A DNA stretch of 64,000 bases, taken from Tubiluchus corallicola (lineage: Eukaryota > Animalia > Priapulida). Below the pieces are notes generated by a model. That model worked only from the letters and a program-made list of their open reading frames with translations, searched no databases and had not been told where the DNA came from. Positions 58,198 to 64,000 of this stretch are shown piece after piece. Numbering within the stretch: the stretch's first letter is position 1; every line of letters begins with the position of its first letter. Location of the stretch: positions 62,001 to 126,000 of the forward strand of contig JAQGDQ010002388.1 of NCBI GenBank assembly GCA_030141605.1, read 5' to 3'. A program made the position numbers and the translations under genes.

Positions 58198-60231
58198 CTT
58201 TTTGACAATTTGCCTTCAGATAAAAAAAAGCCCCCTTCTCTTTTTTCGAACGAAAAGAAGAAGGGCGCTAAGAGTGTTGAGGATCGTGCGAATGGTTATA
58301 CAGCGAGCGATATTCAAATTCTGGAAGGTCTGGAACCTGTTCGGCATCGCCCTGGCATGTATATTGGGGGAACGGATATTCAAGCTTTACATCATCTTGT
58401 TGCGGAAATTCTTGATAATGCCATGGATGAAGTTGTTTCTGGCTATGCGAGTCGTATTGATGTTGAGATTTTAGAGGATGGTAGTATTTTAATTCAGGAT
58501 AATGGTCGGGGTATTCCTGTGGATCCTCATCCTAAGTTTCCTGATAAGTCTGCCTTGGAAATTATTCTTACAACTTTGCATGCGGGCGGTAAGTTTGATA
58601 ATAAGAGTTATGCGATGTCAGGAGGCCTTCATGGTGTTGGTGCTTCTGTTGTAAATGCTCTTTCTTCTCGTTTTTTTGTGGAGGTTGCTCGAGAGCAGAC
58701 TCTTTGGCAGCAGGAATATAAGCGTGGAGAGCCTCTTGCGCCTTTGAAAAACTGTGGCACTATTCGCAATCGTCGTGGAACCAAGATTATTTTCTTTCCT
58801 GATTCGGAAATTTTTGGCTCTAATGTCTGTTTTGATCCGCAGCGTATTTTTGAGATGGCGCGTTCTCGAGCGTATTTGTTCAAGGGCGTGAAAATTCATT
58901 GGGATTGTTCTTCTTTTGCAAGTGAGGAGTCTTCTTTCCCTTTAAAGGAAATTTTATATTTTCCCAAAGGGCTAGAAGACTGTCTGATGCATCATATTAA
59001 TGGTCGTCCGATTATTGGAGGTCGATCATTTTGTGGTTCTGTTGTATTGCCCAATAGCGAAGGGCGTGTGGAATGGGCGATTGCCTGGCTTGAGAGTGAG
59101 GAGCCTCTTTTGCAGAGCTATTGCAATACGATCCCGACAGTTTTTGGCGGTACCCATGAGACGGGATTACGCAATGTGCTGCAGAAAGGGATTCGTGCCT
59201 ATGGTGATTTAATAAAGAATCGCCATGCGGCTAAGATCACGGCGGAAGATATGTTATCGGGCGCTTACGCTTTTTTATCTTTATTCATTCACGATCCTTT
59301 ATTTCAGGGTCAGACAAAGGAGCGTCTTTCCACGCCCTTTGCGTCCCGATTAGTTGAGAATGCGTTACGGGATCATTTTGATCATTGGTTGACTCATGCG
59401 CCGGAGTCGACGAATAGTTTGTTTGATTTTGTTTTAACAAAGGCGGAGGCCCGTTTGCGCCGCCGGCAGGAAAAACAGACTTCTCGCCAATCTGCGACGC
59501 GCCGTTTACGCCTTCCTGGAAAGCTGACGGATTGTTCTCGTACTCTTGCCAGTGGAACGGAGATTTTTCTTGTAGAGGGAGATTCTGCTGGAGGATCTGC
59601 CAAGCAGGCGCGCGATCGTAAAACTCAGGCGATTCTTCCTTTGCGGGGTAAAATTTTGAATGTTGCCAGCGCGTCTGAAGAAAAGATTATGCAAAACAAT
59701 GAGATCCGTGATCTTATAGAAGCGTTGGGATGTGGAACAAAGGCTAGCTACACACATTCTCAGCTTCGTTATGAGCGTGTGATTATCATGACGGACGCGG
59801 ATGTTGACGGTGCGCATATTGCGTCTTTGCTTATGACATTTTTCTTCCAGCATATGCCCGAGCTAGTTCAGAGAGGAGCGTTATATTTAGCGATGCCTCC
59901 TCTTTATCGCTTAAGTTATGGCAGCATGGTTTTTTATGCACGGGATGATGCGCATCGGGATGAGCTTTTAAGAACTGTTTTTACGAAAAAGAAAGCGATT
60001 GATATTAGTCGTTTTAAGGGGCTTGGAGAGATGCCTCCCGCGCAGTTGCGAGACACGACGATGTCTCCTGAGAATCGGACATTACTGCGTGTTTATCTTC
60101 CTCCTCAGAGTGATGAGTATAAATTTAAGGATGTTGCGCAGCTTGTTGAAACTTTGATGGGGAAAAAGCCGGAGAAACGTTTTAACTGGATACAGGAAAA
60201 TGCGTCTTTTGCAAAAAATATTGATATTTGA
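58189..60231 (+). CDS. parE: DNA topoisomerase IV subunit B
   Basis: LEGLEPVRHRPGMYIG, DNAMDE, GGLHGVG, RLPGKLTDC, VEGDSAGGSAK, PLRGKILN, MTDADVDG, LMGKKPEKRF; no GyrB insertion. Confidence 0.93.
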   Translation: MSNLFDNLPSDKKKPPSLFSNEKKKGAKSVEDRANGYTASDIQILEGLEPVRHRPGMYIGGTDIQALHHLVAEILDNAMDEVVSGYASRIDVEILEDGSILIQDNGRGIPVDPHPKFPDKSALEIILTTLHAGGKFDNKSYAMSGGLHGVGASVVNALSSRFFVEVAREQTLWQQEYKRGEPLAPLKNCGTIRNRRGTKIIFFPDSEIFGSNVCFDPQRIFEMARSRAYLFKGVKIHWDCSSFASEESSFPLKEILYFPKGLEDCLMHHINGRPIIGGRSFCGSVVLPNSEGRVEWAIAWLESEEPLLQSYCNTIPTVFGGTHETGLRNVLQKGIRAYGDLIKNRHAAKITAEDMLSGAYAFLSLFIHDPLFQGQTKERLSTPFASRLVENALRDHFDHWLTHAPESTNSLFDFVLTKAEARLRRRQEKQTSRQSATRRLRLPGKLTDCSRTLASGTEIFLVEGDSAGGSAKQARDRKTQAILPLRGKILNVASASEEKIMQNNEIRDLIEALGCGTKASYTHSQLRYERVIIMTDADVDGAHIASLLMTFFFQHMPELVQRGALYLAMPPLYRLSYGSMVFYARDDAHRDELLRTVFTKKKAIDISRFKGLGEMPPAQLRDTTMSPENRTLLRVYLPPQSDEYKFKDVAQLVETLMGKKPEKRFNWIQENASFAKNIDI

Positions 60232-60405
60232 TATTTTGTAAATATGCACAACAATATTGCACTCATTTGAAAGAAAGAGTAAACTATTTTCCACTTTACC
60301 GATAAAAAAAATTGTATTGAAATTCCGGTAAAGAGAATATGATAATAAGGTGATTTCTTTTGCCTTAAGTGATGGGGTGCTAAGAATGGAGATAAGGAAA
60401 AAAAT

Positions 60406-62190
60406 ATGATACAGCCGGAGCACGATTATCAGACTAGTTATACGGGTGCTGAGATTTTATTGAAAGCCTTGGAAGATCAAGGTGTCAATGTTGTTTTTGG
60501 TTATCCTGGAGGTGTTCTTCTCTCTCTTTATGATACGTTTTACAAGCAGGATCGTATTAGGCATATTCTTCCACGTGCTGAGGCTGGTGCTGTTCATGCT
60601 GCTGAGGGGTATGCACGCTCTACAGGTAAGGTTGGTGTCGCTATTGCCACGTCGGGTCCTGGTGCGACCAATACAATTACAGGGATTACCGATGCGATGA
60701 TGGATAGTATTCCTCTTGTTTGCATTACAGGCCAGGTTCCTTTAAGTATGATTGGCAATGACGCTTTTCAGGAAGCGGATACGACGGGAATCACGCGTTC
60801 TTGTACAAAACATAATTATCTTATTCGTGATATTAATGATCTTTCCCGTTGTATTCACGAGGCCTTTTATATCGCGAAGAATGGGCGCCCTGGTCCTGTT
60901 GTGATTGATCTTCCTAAGGATATCACCACGGCAGTAGGATATTATACGGGCCCTGACAAGATTTGGCATAAAAGTTATCGCCCAAAAACACGTCCTCATC
61001 GTATAGAGATTGAAAAAGCGATTCATATGATCGAGGCTGCCAGAAAGCCTGTGATTTACGCTGGTGGTGGTATTATCAACTCGGGTCAGGCTGCGGCGGA
61101 ATCTTTTGCTCATTTTGTTGATATGACAAATATTCCTTGTACGTTAACGCTTATGGGTTTGGGGGCTTTACCCTCTTCTCATCCTAATTTTCTTGGGATG
61201 CTTGGGATGCATGGCACGTACGAGTCCAACATGGCGATGTACAACAGTGATTTAATGATTTGTATTGGTGCTCGTTTTGATGATAGAGTTACAGGGAATC
61301 TTGATGGGTTTTCGCCTTATTCGAAGAAGATTCATATTGATATTGATGGCTCGTCTATCAATAAGAATGTAATGGTTGATTTGGCGATTATTGGGGATGC
61401 TGGTTTTACTTTAAAGATGTTGTTGGACGGTTTAAAGCAGCATCAGAATATGTATTCTCTTCCTGATCTCAAGCCATGGTGGGAGGAAATCAATCAATGG
61501 CGTTCTGTGAATTGTTTGAAAGTTCCAGAAAGTCGTGAGGTTTGCAAGCCGCAGTATGTTTTAAAAACGCTTGATTCGATCGTGTCTGATTTTTCTCCTA
61601 TTATTGCGACTGATGTTGGTCAGCATCAGATGTGGAGTGCGCAATATCTTAGCTTCAAGACGATTCGCCATTGGCTGACGTCTGGAGGGCTTGGAACGAT
61701 GGGCTATGGTATTCCCGCGGCGATTGGTGCGCAGGTTGCTCACCCTGACAAGCTTGTTGTTGCAATTTCCGGTGATGGTTCTTTTCAGATGAATATTCAG
61801 GAACTTGGGACGATTCAGGCGTATGAACTTCCGGTTAAGATTGTGATTTTGAACAATGGTTGTTTAGGGATGGTTCGGCAGTGGCAGGAGCTTTTTTTCC
61901 AAGAACATTATTCAGAGAGTCTTTTTACGAAGAGACCCGATTTTATTACGCTTGCGCGTGCGTATGATATTACGGCATCTCGTGTGACTGATCCGAAGGA
62001 TTTGGAAGGGGCGTTAAGAGAGATGATAGAGACCAAAGGACCTTATCTTCTGGATGTTCAGACTGATCCTTTTGAGAATGTTTTTCCGATGATCCCTGCT
62101 GGTGCGGCTCATGATGAGATTTATCTCAGGAAGGAGGATTTCGGAGAGAAACCTGACGTTAATCGTAAGAATGGAGGGAGCTTGGCGTAA
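60406..62190 (+). CDS. ilvB: Acetolactate synthase large subunit
   Basis: FGYPGG, TSGPGATN, DAFQE, GMLGMHG, RFDDRV, DVGQHQMW, SGGLGTMG, GDGSFQMN, GMVRQWQ. Confidence 0.97.
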   Translation: MIQPEHDYQTSYTGAEILLKALEDQGVNVVFGYPGGVLLSLYDTFYKQDRIRHILPRAEAGAVHAAEGYARSTGKVGVAIATSGPGATNTITGITDAMMDSIPLVCITGQVPLSMIGNDAFQEADTTGITRSCTKHNYLIRDINDLSRCIHEAFYIAKNGRPGPVVIDLPKDITTAVGYYTGPDKIWHKSYRPKTRPHRIEIEKAIHMIEAARKPVIYAGGGIINSGQAAAESFAHFVDMTNIPCTLTLMGLGALPSSHPNFLGMLGMHGTYESNMAMYNSDLMICIGARFDDRVTGNLDGFSPYSKKIHIDIDGSSINKNVMVDLAIIGDAGFTLKMLLDGLKQHQNMYSLPDLKPWWEEINQWRSVNCLKVPESREVCKPQYVLKTLDSIVSDFSPIIATDVGQHQMWSAQYLSFKTIRHWLTSGGLGTMGYGIPAAIGAQVAHPDKLVVAISGDGSFQMNIQELGTIQAYELPVKIVILNNGCLGMVRQWQELFFQEHYSESLFTKRPDFITLARAYDITASRVTDPKDLEGALREMIETKGPYLLDVQTDPFENVFPMIPAGAAHDEIYLRKEDFGEKPDVNRKNGGSLA

Positions 62191-62213
62191 TGCTGTAGCG
62201 GGAGTGTTCACTG

Positions 62214-62729
62214 ATGAAAAATCATAATAAAGAAATTCAAAAGCGTACGATTGCGATATTAGTTGAGAATGAGTCGGGAGTTTTGGCAAAAGTCATTGGA
62301 CTTTTTTCGGGTCGTGGCTATAATATTGAGAGTTTAACTGTTGCTGAGACGGATCATGGGAAGTCTCTTTCTCGTATTACTGTGGTGACTTCTGGTACGA
62401 GTATGGTTTTAGAGCAGATTAAGGCGCAGCTTGCGCGTCTTGTTCCTGTTTATCGTGTAACGGATTTAACGACAGAGGTTGACAGTGTTGAGCGTGAGCT
62501 TGCTTTAATCAAGGTTCGCGGACGTGGTGAGGAGCGTGTTGAAGCGTTGCGGATTGCGGATATTTTCAGGGCGCATGTTTTGGACAGTTCGGTTGAGTCG
62601 TTTGTTTTTGAGGTTGTTGGCAGTACAGAAAAGTTAAATGCTTTTATTGATCTTATGAAGCCTCTTGGTCTGGTGGATATTTCTAGGACAGGTGTTGTTG
62701 CGATTGCAAGGGGTGCTGATGGGCTATAG
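62214..62729 (+). CDS. ilvN: Acetolactate synthase small subunit
   Basis: VENESGVLA, LFSGRGYNIESLTV, ERELALIKV, SRTG. Confidence 0.97.
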   Translation: MKNHNKEIQKRTIAILVENESGVLAKVIGLFSGRGYNIESLTVAETDHGKSLSRITVVTSGTSMVLEQIKAQLARLVPVYRVTDLTTEVDSVERELALIKVRGRGEERVEALRIADIFRAHVLDSSVESFVFEVVGSTEKLNAFIDLMKPLGLVDISRTGVVAIARGADGL

Positions 62730-62739
62730 AGTGTTATGA

Positions 62740-63810
<1,071 letters not shown>

Positions 63811-63870
63811 CGTTTTTGCAAGTAGCTTTAATCGTCTTGATAAAAGGGTTGAAAGAAATTCACAAAGCTG

Positions 63871-63951
63871 GTGGGACAAAGCATCTCTTCTTATCCTCTT
63901 ATCTCAGTTATGATTCCAAGTTATAACCGGATTCTTTTGTTAATAATGTGA
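63871..63951 (+). pseudogene. N-terminal stub of a family-2 glycosyltransferase
   Basis: Frame reads VGQSISSYPLISVMIPSYNRILLLIM then stop; PLISVxIPxYNR is the GT2 N-terminal signature. Confidence 0.65.
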
Positions 63952-64000
63952 TAAAATATGTTGTTTGTCAGACATATATAAATTGGGAGCTGATTATTAT

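Noticed and set aside
58189-60231. gyrB call
   Set aside because: Lacks the long proteobacterial GyrB insertion and has alpha-ParE-type C-terminal motifs.
60082-60423. 113-aa minus-strand ORF with a signal-like N-terminus
   Set aside because: Overlaps the parE 3' end and the ilvB start in antisense; AT-rich low-information sequence.

Overview
64 kb from a low-GC (roughly 40% by eye) alphaproteobacterium, judged from the nadD-rsfS-rlmH-gpmI-envC-ctpA-rppH gene order, pepA-holC, bamD-recN and an alpha-type ParE. It looks Rhodospirillales-like and rearranged. The window has two halves. (1) 1-35.3 kb is nutrient-scavenging DNA: a cyclitol/sugar-type operon (RpiB/DUF3666 isomerase, divergent IolD-like ThDP enzyme, ribose-class ABC importer, Gfo/Idh/MocA dehydrogenase); a ycj-like operon (ABC importer with lipoprotein SBP, glucosylglycerate-phosphorylase-type GH13_18, dehydrogenase, GH2 beta-hexuronidase); two tandem tRNA-Ser genes; a cobalamin riboswitch heading btuB-btuF-btuC-btuD-tonB; an AllC-like amidohydrolase; a dctP-GH31-epimerase-fucI operon divergent from a kdgT-DUF1537 kinase-pdxA2 tetronate operon. 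(2) 35.3-64 kb is housekeeping backbone (recN, bamD, pepF, pyk, cyclophilin, nadD...rppH, msbA-like, pepA, holC, parE, ilvBNC) with one 649-aa orphan exported protein and two short N-terminal gene stubs missed by the ORF track (SDR and GT2). I found no CRISPR array, integrase, transposase, rRNA or transcription factor. The best candidates for undescribed biology are two non-canonical catabolic gene combinations (IolD-like + DhuI-like; TRAP SBP + GH31 + Gln-type 3-epimerase + FucI facing a tetronate pathway). All assignments come from motif recognition by eye; no database search was run.
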